From: the human T2T-CHM13v2.0 reference genome, Homo sapiens
NCBI RefSeq assembly: GCF_009914755.1
Contig: NC_060947.1
Direction: 5' to 3' (one strand)
DNA length: 64,000 nucleotides
Shown here: in pieces, positions 23,001 through 35,430 of the stretch
Numbering within the stretch: position 1 is the first letter of the stretch
Layout: every line of letters starts with the position of its first letter
The notes under the pieces: model-generated
What the model was told of the DNA's origin: nothing
The model's input: only the letters and a program-made list of their open reading frames with translations
Databases searched by the model: none
Position numbers and translations under genes: made by a program

Positions 23001-26000
23001 AGTACATTAATGAGCAATAAATGTCTTGAAACCAATGACAATGGAGACACAACATACAAAGACCTATGGGATACAGTGAAAGTAGTAATAAGAGAAAACT
23101 TCTTAGCCATAAGTGCCTACAACAAAAAAGAGGAAAGACTTCAAATACACAATCTAATGACGCATCTTAAAGAACTAGAAAAGCAACAGCAAACCAAACC
23201 TAAAATTAGTAAAAGAAAAGAAAAAATAAAGATCGGAACAGAAATAAAGGAAATTGGAATGAAGAAAACAATACAAGAGATAATGAAACAAAAAGGTGGT
23301 TTATTGAAAAGTTAAACAAAAAGACAAATCTCTAGCCATACTAACTAAGGAAAAAAAGGGAGAATCCAAATAAAATAAGAAATGAAAAAGGGGAAATTAT
23401 AACTGATACTGCAGAAATTCAAAGGATTATGAGTGGGTACTATGAGCAACTATATGCCAATAAATTGGAAAATCTAAAAGAAATGAACAAATTCCTAGAC
23501 ACATACAACCTACCAAGATTGAAACAGGAAAAGTCCAAAACCAGAACAGACTAATAACAAGTAATGAGATCAAAGCCATAATAAAAACACTTTCAGTAAA
23601 GAAAAGCCTGGGACCTTATGGTGTCACTGCTGTATTCTACCAAACATATAAATAAGTACTTACAGCAATCCTACTCAAACTATTTTGGAAAATATGGAAG
23701 GAAGGAATACTTCTAAACTCATTATAATGGGTCAGTATTACCCTGATACCAAAACCAGACAAAGACACTTTCAAAAAAGAAGACTACAGGCCAATATCTC
23801 TGACAAATATTGATGCAAAAATCTTCAAAAAAATACTGACAAACAAAATTTATGAAGAATTCAGAAAGATCATTCATCACGACCAAGTGAGATTTATTCC
23901 TGGGATACAATGGTGGTTCAACATAGGCAAATCAATCAATGTGATACATTATATCAACAGAATGAAGGACAAAAGCCATATGATTCTTTCAATTGATGCT
24001 GAAAAAGCATTTAATAAAATTCAACATCTTTTCATCATAAAAATTCTAAGAAAACTGGTTACAGATGGAACATACCTCAACATATTAAAAGCCATTTATG
24101 TGGGATCCATAGGTAGTATTATACAAAATGGGGAAAAATGAAAGCCTTTCCTCTAAGATATGGACCACAACAAGGATGAACAGTTTCACAATTGTTACTC
24201 AATACAGTGCTGGAAGTCCTAGCTAGAACCATCAAAAAAAGAAAGATATAAAAGTCTTCCAAATTAGAAAGGAAGAAGTCAAATTATTCTTGTTTGCAGA
24301 TGATGATTGTATGTTTGGAAAAATCTAAAGACTACAGAAGAAAACTATTAGAACTGATACATTCAGTAAATTTGTAAGATATAAAATGAATGTACAAAAA
24401 TCAGTAGCTTTTCTATATGCCAACAGTGAAAAGTGAAAAAGAAATAAAAAGTACTCCCATTTACAATAGCCACACATAAAATTAAATACATAGGAATTAA
24501 CTTAATCAAGGAAGTGAAAGTTCTCTGTAATAAAAACTATAAAACACAGATGAAAAAAGTTGAAAAAGACATCAGAAATTGGAAAAATATTCCATGTTCA
24601 TGGATTGATAGAATCAATATTGTTAAAATGTCTATACTAACAAAAGCAATATACAGATTCAGTGCAATCTCTATCAAAATACCAATGACATTCGTCACAG
24701 AAATAGAAAAAAAATCTTAAAATTCATGTGAGACCACAAAAGACCCAGAATAGCCAAAACAGTTCTATGTAAACAAAGCAAAACAAAACAAAAACTGGAG
24801 GAATCACATTATTTGACTTCAAATTATACTATAGAGCTACCAAATATCATGATAATGGCATAAAAAAAGACTCACAGACCCACGAAATGGAGTGGGGAGC
24901 CCAGGAACAAATATGCACATCTTCACTGAACTCATTTTAAACAAAGGTGCCAAGCACATACACTGGTGAAAAGACAGTCTCTTCAACAAATGGTGCCAGG
25001 AAAACTGCATATCCATATGAAGAAGAATAAAACTAGACCCCTATCTCTTGCCATAACCAAAAATCAAATCGAAATGGATTAATTACTTAAATCTATGACC
25101 TTGAGCTATGTAACTGCTAAAAGAAAACATTGGAGAAACTTTCTATGACATTGGTGTGAGCAAAGAATTTATTGAGCAATACCCCACAAGCACAAGCAAC
25201 CAAAGCAAAAATAGACAACTGGCGTCACATCAAGCTAAGAAACTTCTGCAAGCAAAAGAAACAATAACAAAGTGAAGAGACAACCCAGATAATGGGAGAA
25301 AACATTTGAAAACTACCCATCTGTATTAATCCATTTTCACACTGCTATAAAGAACTATCTGAGACTGGGTAATTTATGAAGAAAAGAGGTTTAATTTACT
25401 CACAAAACTGCAGGCTTAACAGGAAGCATGACTGGGAGGCCTCAGGAAATTGACAATTATGGCAGAGGTGAAGGGGAAGCAAGCAGCTTCTTCACATGGC
25501 AGCAGGAGAGAGAGAGAGAGAAGCAGGAAGTGCCACACAGTTTTGAACAATCAGGTGTCATAAGAATTCACTCACTATCATGAGAACAGCAAAGGGAAAA
25601 TCCATCTCCATGATCCAATTTACTCCCATCAGACCCCTTCTCCAATTGAACATGAGATTTAGGTGGGGACACAAATTCAAACCACGTCATTCTGCCCCAG
25701 CCCCTCCCAAATTTCATATCCTTTTCCAATTGCAAAATACAATTATTCCTTCTTAACAGTACCCCAGTTTTAACTCATTTAAGCATTAAATTAAAAGTCC
25801 ACAGTCCAAAGTCTTATCTGAGACAAGGTGATTCCCCTCTGCCTATGAGCCTGTAAAATCAAAAACAAGTTACTTACTTCCAAGATACAATGGGGGTTGA
25901 GGCATTGGGCAAATGCTTTTATTCCAAATGAAAGAGATTGGCCAAAACAAAGGAGATACAGGCCCCATGCAAGTCTGAAACCCAGCAGGGCAGTCATTAA

Positions 26001-28767
26001 ATCTTAAAGCTCCAAAATGATCTCCTTTGATTCCATGTCTCACATTCAGGCCACACTGATGTAAGGGGTGGGCTCCCAAGACCTTGGGAAGCTCTGGCCC
26101 TGTAGCTTTGCAGGGTATAGCCCCTGTGGCTGCTTTCACAGCCTGGTGTTGAGTTCCTGTGACTTTTTGAGGCTCATGGTACTAGCTGTTGGTGTGTCTA
26201 CCATTCGGGAACCTGGAGGATGGTGTCCCTCTTCTCACAGCTCCACTAGATAGTGTCTCAACTGGGACTCTGTGTGTGGGTTCCAATCCTACATTTCTCC
26301 TCCACACTGCCCTAGTAGAGGTTCTCCATGAGGAATCTGCCCCTGCAGCAGACTTCTGCCTGGACATTCAGGTGTCTCCATATATCCTCTGAAATCTAGG
26401 TGGAGGTTCCCAAACCCCAACTCTTGCCTTCTGCACACCTGCAGGGCCAATACCACATGGAAGCCTCCAAGACTTGGAGCTTGAACCCTCTGAAGCCATG
26501 GCCCGAGATGTACCTTGGCCTCTTTTAGCTGCCACTGGAGCTGGAGTAGCTTGGACACAGGATGCCATGTCTCAAGGCTGCACAGAGAGGCTGGGCCCTG
26601 TGCCAGGCCCATTAATCCCTTTTTTCCTCCTAGGTCTCCAGGCCTGTGGTGAGAGGGGATGCTGTGAAGGTCTCTGAAATGCCCTGGAGACATTTTCCCC
26701 ATTGTCTTGGCTATTAACATTCAGCTCCTACTTGCTTTTGCAAATTTCTGCAGCAGGCTTGAATTTCTCCCCAGAAAATGGGTTTTCTTTTCTACCACAT
26801 GGCTGAGCTGCAAATTTTCCAAGCTTTAATGTTCTGCTTCCCTTTTAAACATAAATTCCAGTTTCAGATAATCTCTGTTCATGCATATGAGTGTACACTT
26901 TTAGAAACAGCCAGGTCATGTCTTGAATGCTTTGCTGCTTAGAAATTTCTTCCACCAGATACCCAAAATCATCTCTATAAAGTTCAAAGTTCCACAGATC
27001 TCTAGGGCAGGGACAAAATTCTACCAGTCTCTTTTCTAAAGTATAGCAAGAGTCACTTTTACTCCAGTTCCCAATAAGTTTCTCATCTCCATCTGATACC
27101 AATTCAGCCTGTACTTCATTGTCCATATCACTATCAGCATTTTGGTAAAAACCATTTAGCAAATCTCTAAAAAGTTCCAAACTTTCCCACATCTTTCTGT
27201 CTTCTTCTGAACCCTCCAAACTGTTCCAACCTCTGCCTGTTACCCAGTTCCAAAGTTACTTCCACATTTTCAGGCATGTATATAGCAGTGCCCTACTCTT
27301 CTGGTACCAATTTTCTGTAATAGTCCATTTTCACAGTGCTATAAAGAACTAACTTGGACTAGGTAATATATGAAAAAAAGAGGTTTAGTTGACTCACGGT
27401 TCTGCAGGCTTAACAGGATGCATGAGTGGGAAGCCTCCAGAAACCTACAATCATGAAGGAAGGTGAAGAAGAAGCAAGCAGCTTCTTCACATGGAGGCAG
27501 GAGAGAGAGAGACAATGAAAGTGGAAGTGCCATACACTTTTAAACCATCAGATCTTGTGGGAACTCACTCATTATCACAATTTGCCGCCATGATCCAATT
27601 ACCTTCCACCAGGTTCTTCCTCCAATTTGACATGAGATTTTGGTGGGGACACAAATCCAAACCATATCACCATCCAACAGGGGATTAATAACCAGAATAC
27701 ATAATGAGCTTATACAACTTTATGGGAAAAAAATCTAATAATCTCATCAAAAACGGGCAAAAGATTTAAATAGACCTTTCTCAAAAGGAGACATACGAAT
27801 GGTAAACAGGTATATAAAAAGGTGTTCAATATCATGGATCATCAGTGAGATGCAAATCAAAATTACAATGAGATATCATCTCACCTTTTATCCAAAAGTC
27901 AGTCAGTAACAAATGGTGGCAAAGATATGGAGAAAAGGGACCCTCACACACTGTTGGTAGAAACGTAAATTAGTACAACCACTATAGAAAATATTTTGGA
28001 AGTTTCTCAAAAACCTAAAAATAGAGCTACCATATGATCCAGTAATCCCATGGCTGAGTATATACCCCCAAAAAAGGAAATCAGTATATCAAAGGGATAT
28101 CTGCACTTTTATATTTGTTGCAGAACTGTTTACAATAGCTAAGATTTGGAAGCAACCTAAGTAAGTGTCCATCAACAGATGAATAAAGAAAATGTTGTAC
28201 ATATACACAATGGTGTACTATTAATTCATTGAAAAGAAGAGATCTAGTCATTTGCAACAACATGGATGAAACTGGAGATCATTATGTTAATGAAATAAGC
28301 CAGACACACACAGAAAGGCAAACATCACATGTTCTCACTTATTTGTGATATATGAAAATCTAAACAATTGAACTCATAAACATAGAGAGTAGAAAGATGG
28401 TTACTCGAGGCTGGGAGGAGTAGTGGGGCGCTGGCAGAAAGGTGGGGATGGTTAAGGGTACAAAATAAAATAGAAGAAATAAGACTTACTACTTGATAAC
28501 ACAACAGGGTGACTATAGTCAATAATAACTTAATTTTACATTTTGAAACAAAGAGTGAAATTGGATTGTTTATAACTCAAAAGATAAATTCTTGAGGGGA
28601 CGAATATCCCATTTTTCATGACATGCTTATCTCAAATTTTATGCCTATAACAGAACATCTCGTGTTTCCCATAAGTATATACATCTACTCTGTATACACA
28701 AAAATTTAAAAAGAATATGTACATATACTCTCTGAATCCAAAATAAAAGTTGAAAAAGAAAATAAAT
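20083..28767 (+). mobile_element. L1MA-type (L1MA1-3-like) element retaining both ends, internally deleted and interrupted by THE1D
   Basis: 5' end ggagcaagatggc, long 5'UTR, ORF1 remnant at about 22100-23010, ORF2 remnants, L1MA 3'UTR. TSD aaacattgcattct (20069-20082) / aaagattgtattct (28768-28781). Confidence 0.85.
25322..27669 (-). mobile_element. Complete THE1D-like MaLR (LTR-internal-LTR)
   Basis: LTRs at 25322-25689 and 27316-27669; perfect TSD CCATC (25317-25321 / 27670-27674). The internal ORF remnant EGSEEDRKMWESLEL is typical of MaLR internal sequence. Confidence 0.92.
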
Positions 28768-30072
28768 AAAGATTGTATTCTAATTTTGTTCCTCATTTTC
28801 TTATGTGGCATTGAAGAACTCTTAATTGCTGAATCTGTTGTTGACAGTGTAGTATTGCCCTTACTGCCACGTGAGAAATGCTATACTCAGTACCTCTTTC
28901 TAACAAATAGCTTTGCCCAGTATTATTAAAGCATCACACTATTAATTAGTTCTCTGCTAGGTGTGGTGTTTCTTGATAGTTATGTGTTGCCTAACCTGTC
29001 CTATATCAACAACACTAATAGCAAATGATATTCCCAAAAACGTGTAGTTTCTTATCCTGTGTGCAAAGCAGGAGACATTTCAGTAACTGGATAAAACTGT
29101 GCCTTCACTACCAAATATATATTATTTCTGTTAAATAAAACAATCAGTATTTGATCTTTGGAATTATCATTATGTTTTTTGTGTAAATGGGAGTTTCATA
29201 GCTTTTATAAATGCAACATCTGCCTCAGTCTTGCTTAAGATTCTTCTAGGTTTCTTCCATAGCTACAGGCCTTTAAAAAATGATCCAAGTTTTTTATACT
29301 TCCTATGTAATAAAATTCTTTCGGATTAGTTGCTGAAGTAAACCAAATACAACATTACAAAAGCAGTAAGCAAGAAATTTTCCAATTGGCACCTTTAGTC
29401 TTTTTTCCTCTTATAGACTAGAATTCAGTGCTAACCAAGAAAAGCTATTTTTTTGAGATAGCATCTAGTCACTCTATGCTCACAAAACAAATAGTCAACC
29501 AGGAAAAGATACTGCTAGGTCCACTGTGGAGGGGAAGGGGTGATAATTAAATGTCGTTTTGAGTTGCAATCAGCCATGTCTTTTCTCTGTTGTCCTAAGG
29601 AAATTGTCTGCTCAAGTGATTCTTAAGCACACATAAAACACACTGCATAAAGCTTGGACTTAAAGTCATTAGTAGAATTACCTCCCAAGACAAATGAGAT
29701 TTCAAAATGCCTCCAGGTCGTTCTTTGTCTTCAGACATTATAAAAACATACTTAAAATTTTAAGTAGCTCATTATTTTAAATGGATCTTCCATCCTTTCC
29801 AGTCAAAATAAACTTTACCCTTCTAATTTTGGAGAAGTCTGTGTGTATCTCTGGGATAAAACAAGAGATAACAGGCGATAAAGAATGTATGTATTGATGG
29901 CTCAAAAATCTGCACGCCTTATTTTGTAATTGAAATGTTTAAAAAATGTTTTAGATATGTTTAGTTTCAAAATGATAGGTTTTCTCATTATAGCTTCAGG
30001 GGTCCTGTTTAATTGGCAAAGTCCAGCCTCATGTTCTGAGGATCATGATGCTTTCATGTCCTTCATGTCTTT

Positions 30073-30075
<3 letters not shown>

Positions 30076-30116
<41 letters not shown>
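30076..30116. repeat. (CA)20 microsatellite
   Basis: Perfect dinucleotide run. Confidence 0.95.
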
Positions 30117-30122
<6 letters not shown>

Positions 30123-31093
30123 ATATATATGTATAATAAATAAATAAATATATATTTCAATTTGTTTTTCAGAGCTTTTATGTGGTTTCTATTGAGTTAT
30201 TGTATTTACAGTATCGTAAAACATTTGGTGAAGTTTGATCTCAATCATAAACAAAAAATCTTATTTTTATTTTCAATGAGTGGTTATTGAACACCCACTG
30301 AGCAAGATTATGTGCTCAGTTCTGTTGGTACAAAATTGAATTGAACAATGATTCATACTCTGCCATAGCTTTGTAGTTAGTCATTATCCTGGCTCAATGG
30401 TTTTCCTCACACTATTTGTATGCTGCCACTACAAATTATATTCTGAGGCTCCTTTTCTATCTCGTCTACATGATGGAGATATCAAACTTTCTCCTTGTGT
30501 TTTTTGTTTGTTTGACACTGTTTTGAATTTTACCTCCATAAATCACTGAAATACCAAGGTCTAAGTTAAAAAAAAAATGAAAGTAGCAATCAGGAACCTA
30601 GGCTGTATTTGTAGTTCACTTTCTAATACACTGTACGAGTTTAGGTACATCTCAGCTGCTCATTTTCTTCATCTTCCTCATCGACCTCTCAAAACATTTA
30701 CTGCATGGGTAAACTGAGACAATTACAGTATATATTTATTTATTTAGTTTGTTATATGAATTCTCTGAATCATAAGCAATTCTCTACAAGGACCTCAGCT
30801 CTATGAAGTCTAGCTGAGAATTAGCCAAATACTAGCCATCTTATGGCTACTTAACATTCGTTGAATGGAACCCATACAGGCCTTTCCCAGGTTAATGATG
30901 TTCTAGCATCTTTACAATGAATATATCACTTTATTTATCTCAGTTTTTTTTCCTTTTCTATTTTCACAAATTTATTGCCTTTTCTTTCCCCTTCTGCTCT
31001 CTTTATTTTCTGATTCTTACTTTATCTTAGACTTGTTAGTGATATTGCTTAAATTTTTGCAGACACTCAGAGTTCAACAAATTTTTTAACCAT

Positions 31094-31278
31094 CAGAGGT
31101 TTCTAGATTAAATACAAGATTTCGTTAAATTTGATTTTAACAAACAATAAATAGTTTGTAGTATAAGTGTGTCCCATATAATATCAGTGAAAGTATTTTA
31201 TATAGTAAAATATTATTTATCTGAATCTGTAATTTTATTGGGTATCATATATTTTTATTTGCTAAATCTAGAGTCCCT
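31094..31278. mobile_element. MER53-like hAT MITE
   Basis: Palindromic element with tagtataagtgtgtccc and atttttatttgctaaatct. Confidence 0.7.
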
Positions 31279-32019
31279 CGACCCCTCATTAGAACATTTT
31301 TTCTTATGTGGTTAAATACTATTATGTACATTTATTCTTTACTTTTCCCCAAAGTATTTTAATATTATTTCATAGTTGATAATATATGTTTTAAAAATAT
31401 TACTTTATACTTATTTTACCATGATAATTTCATGTCTAAAACTGAATAGGCTTCCTCCTTCATTTCTGACTTCAGGACTCAAACCCAAAGCTTCATCTTA
31501 TTCCTTCTTTACTGTCATCTCTTACATGCAAAAAGTTGCAAAGTCATTTTAATTCTTCGTAATTTATCTTGAATTCATCCATCCAATCCCACATTTCTCA
31601 CTACTGTTGTGCCTTGTGTAGCATATTATCAAAAGTGTGAAAAACATACTTTTCAAATTTTTACATGATTCATCTTATGAAAGGGCAATTAATGCTGCAG
31701 CATAAGGAAACTGATATTCTTTGACTGATAGAAACATTAATAAAATGATATAAAGTAGAAGTAAATGGAATGTTCTACAGCTGTCATTTTTTTTAATCAG
31801 CTGCAAAAGTAGAATATGAGGAAAACCTTATTTGCAGTGCAATTTTGCATTGTCATTTTATTTTTCTTACATTAGTAATTATTAAAATTTTTTGAATACA
31901 TACTATGTTTTACATACATTCTAATAATTGTCTCAGTCTCATGAGGTGATTACTAGCATTTTTTCTGTTTTATAGAAGAACCTGAAAATCAGAAAATTTA
32001 AATAACCATTCCAATTTCC

Positions 32020-32480
32020 TAGCACATTTTATAGAAACATTATTCATAGTAGCCAAAATCTGAAACAACTGAAATGTCCTATATCCACTTAATGGATAAG
32101 CTGGATTATATTCACACAATGGAATACTATACAGCAATAAAAAGTAGTTAACCACTGATACACAGAACAATTTGGATGAATATCAAAGGGGCTGAGTAAA
32201 AGAAACCAGTCTTCAAAGGTTACATATTGCATGACTCCATTTATATGACAGATTTGAAATGACAAAATTAGAGTGCTGAAGAACAGATCAGTGGTGTCCA
32301 TTGGTTAGAGTTGGGGATAGAGTGTGATCATGAAGTAAGAGCATAAGGTAGTTTTGTTTTTTGAAGGATGGAAGTGTCCATATTCTGATGGTGGTGGCAG
32401 TTCCATAGATCTATATATGTCTTAAAATTTATAGAAATGTGCACTAAAAGAAAAATAAAATAAATTTTATTGGATAATAA
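32020..32480 (+). mobile_element. Old L1 (L1ME/MD) 3' fragment
   Basis: ttattcatagtagccaaaatctg...tacatattgcatgactccatttatatga. Confidence 0.7.
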
Positions 32481-32874
32481 TTTTAATTTTTTTTAATTAA
32501 AAAAAATACACTGGTTTATTTTGGTATATATTTTAAAGTCAAGTTTCCAAACAAAACAAAATGCATTTTAATACAGGAGATTATAATGTAATGTTTGGTT
32601 TATAGGTATTTCTAGCAGAGATTGGATTTTATTTGTTGATTTAACTAAATGTATAGCACAGAGTTTATTTTGATATTTTTAACAACAAATTCAGAAACTT
32701 CCTAATTAGTCATATTTTTATACTCTAGAAAAAGAAAAAGAAAATACAGTAGCCATTAATATGGAAGTAAACGTGAAGGGTTAGGTGCTGGGATACACAA
32801 TAATGCTAATGCTCTTTGCTCTTAAAGGGAAATAAAATAATATATAAAAATGAATTATGTGCATAAGTCCAAAA

Positions 32875-33260
32875 AAGATGTGGATAAACAGACTGGGGCA
32901 TATTCATATAAAAGTATACCACTCATCAACTGAAAGGAACAACCTACAGAAACACACTCTATATTGACAGTTAGAAACCTGATGCTGAGTAAAAGATGCC
33001 AGCCTCAAGAGTTTGCACTGTCTGATTCCATTAATGTGAAATACAAGAACAAGCATAGCTGACCTATGGTCATAAAGATAAAAAAATAGTGACCCAGTTG
33101 GAGATGAGGTGGTAGATGTGAAAAGGGACAAGAGTGAACTTTCTGGGGCAATACAACTATTCTGTAACTTCTTGTGGAAGATGGTTACATGGTGTATACA
33201 ATTGTCAGTATTCAAAACATGTAAGATCTGTGTATCTTTGTATGTAAATTATACTTTAAT
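32875..33260 (+). mobile_element. Old L1 (L1ME) 3' fragment
   Basis: tggataaacagactggggcatattcat...tgtatgtaaattatacttt. Confidence 0.6.
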
Positions 33261-33559
33261 ATATAACAATAGCATTTAATCATATAAGAAAATATTCAAA
33301 ATACATTAAAGAATATAACAAGAGAATGTTAATAAAAAATAATTATATTCAATTTATATACTGCATCCAAACGGTAAAAAATAAGGATAATAATTTAAAA
33401 ATTATGCACAACAGCAAAAGTTTGCACATTAAATGAGTCATTGAAGCCACACAATTTTAGACCACATTCTGGCTAATCCTCAATTTCTGTTTGTTTCTCT
33501 TCTTACTCCTTGGCTACACAAGAAAGTCACAAAATGTGTGGATTAGTTCAATACAAAAG

Positions 33560-33560
<1 letters not shown>

Positions 33561-33610
<50 letters not shown>
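33561..33610. repeat. (TA)25 microsatellite
   Basis: Perfect run. Confidence 0.95.
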
Positions 33611-33614
<4 letters not shown>

Positions 33615-34253
33615 CAACTAAGAAATATTTACTGTTGACTCAAAGAGTATATAATGGCATTTCATTTAATTAGTTTTCTTTTTACTTAATATTAAGTCAT
33701 TCCACACATTTTAATATGTCTAAAATACATTATTCCGTATGCTTGAGCTCAGGCTCATCCCTAGAATTTGCAGGACAAAAGAAAAAGTACAAATGAAAGC
33801 TTCTAATCCATACCCTACTCAATTTCTCTTCTGACATCTGGAACTATTTTCTACCCAGGAAACAAAGGTGTGGATTTTATTATCACTGCTGAGTCTATTG
33901 CAATCCCTCCATCTATTTTCCACCTTCATATAATAAAAATGTTGTTTCAGCAACATCCTGGTTTCATCAATTATGGGGTTTGTGTTTTCATTTTCTATTT
34001 TTTTTCTCTTATTTAGGAGTGATTCTCAGAAAATAAATATGCAGAAATCTCTTTATTCTGTCATCCTAAATCTAGATGTACCTTCATGACATTTTGTACC
34101 TCTTTCAAAAATGTGTATGCTCTTCTTGCATACAGCATTATTTTTTTTGTGCAATTAGCTCCTTCAGTAGACTATAAGATCTGTGGAAACAGTTTGTCTC
34201 TTTGCTTACTCATTTTTGTTTCCCCTAAACTATCTAATTTGGTGCCTTAACTA

Positions 34254-34643
34254 CAGATGATCCTCAGTTTTCTATTGGGTTATGTCCCTATAAATCTGTT
34301 GTAAGTTGAAAATATCCTGAGTTACAAATGCATTTAATACACTTAACCTGCTGAACATCATAGTTTAGCCCAGTTTGCTTTAAACATGCTCAGAACACTT
34401 ATATTAGACGGCAGTTTGGCAAAATAATCTGGCAACACAGCTTACTGTAGAGCATTGGTTTTTTACCCTTGAGATTGCATGGCTGCGTAGGAGATTCAGA
34501 GAGAGTTTCATACCATATATTGTTGGCCCAGAAAAAAAAAAATCAAAATTTGAAGTACGATTTCTACTAAATGTGTATTGTTTTCACACTATTATAAAGT
34601 TAAAAAATCTCAAATTGAACCATCATAAGTCAGGGATCGTCTG
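34254..34643 (+). mobile_element. MER47-like (Tigger-derived) DNA element, apparently inside an L2 3' end
   Basis: Inverted termini cagatgatcctcag / cataagtcagggatcgtctg with TA on both sides (34252-34253, 34644-34645). Confidence 0.85.
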
Positions 34644-35169
34644 TATATGTTGCTTAATTCAACAAGCAAATACTTGTTCAATTAAATTAGATTAAATTAG
34701 GTTTTCAGTATTTTAGAAAAACAATATATATGTAAACTGCATTTACGGATATCCTGTCTTCGTTAACAGTATGAAATAACTTTTTTTTTTCTTTTTTCTT
34801 GGAAATCCATAGCCACCCTAATGTAAAGCAATTGTTTCACTGGTGAGTATTATCTATTAGAAGTCATATTGTCTTTGGAAGTCAGACAGTCCTAGGTTCA
34901 AAAGCAGGATATTAACCTAAGTTGGGAATTAGGAGGATTAATCAGATAAAAAGCACTGTGAAAGCATCTGATGTGTAGTTGTTGCTCAAGAAACCACTGT
35001 TATTGTTACCTCTATTATCATTTCCATGTTATTATTATTCCCGTGTGCTAACACAATGCAACCCTTAGAGGTTTTTTGCACTGTGTAAACTGCTCCTAGA
35101 GTGGTGAGTCTTGTTGCTGATAACTTTTCTGTTTCTGTTTACTATCATTCCTCAGTATTTTAATTTCCA

Positions 35170-35430
35170 ACATTGCAGCATAAAGGTAAACAATGCAGGC
35201 TCTCGAAGCAGATTTTCTGGCTTCTAATAATGACTCTAATCATTAATTGGGTTTTTGATCTTGAACAATATATTTATCCTTTGAATGCTTTAGATCTCTC
35301 AAGTGTAAACTGGGGATAGTCATAGATTTTATTTCATAGTCTTGCTTTAAGGATGAAATTAGTTATGTAGCACATTTAAAACAGTATCTGGAATGAAGTA
35401 AATATTGTATATAGGGTTAGTTATTATAGC
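35170..35430 (+). mobile_element. MIR
   Basis: Degenerate MIR core (gatcttgaacaat...tgtaaactggggatagtcatag). Confidence 0.55.

Noticed and set aside
25791-27219. Dense cluster of overlapping ORFs
   Set aside because: This is THE1 internal sequence with a fragmented MaLR ORF.
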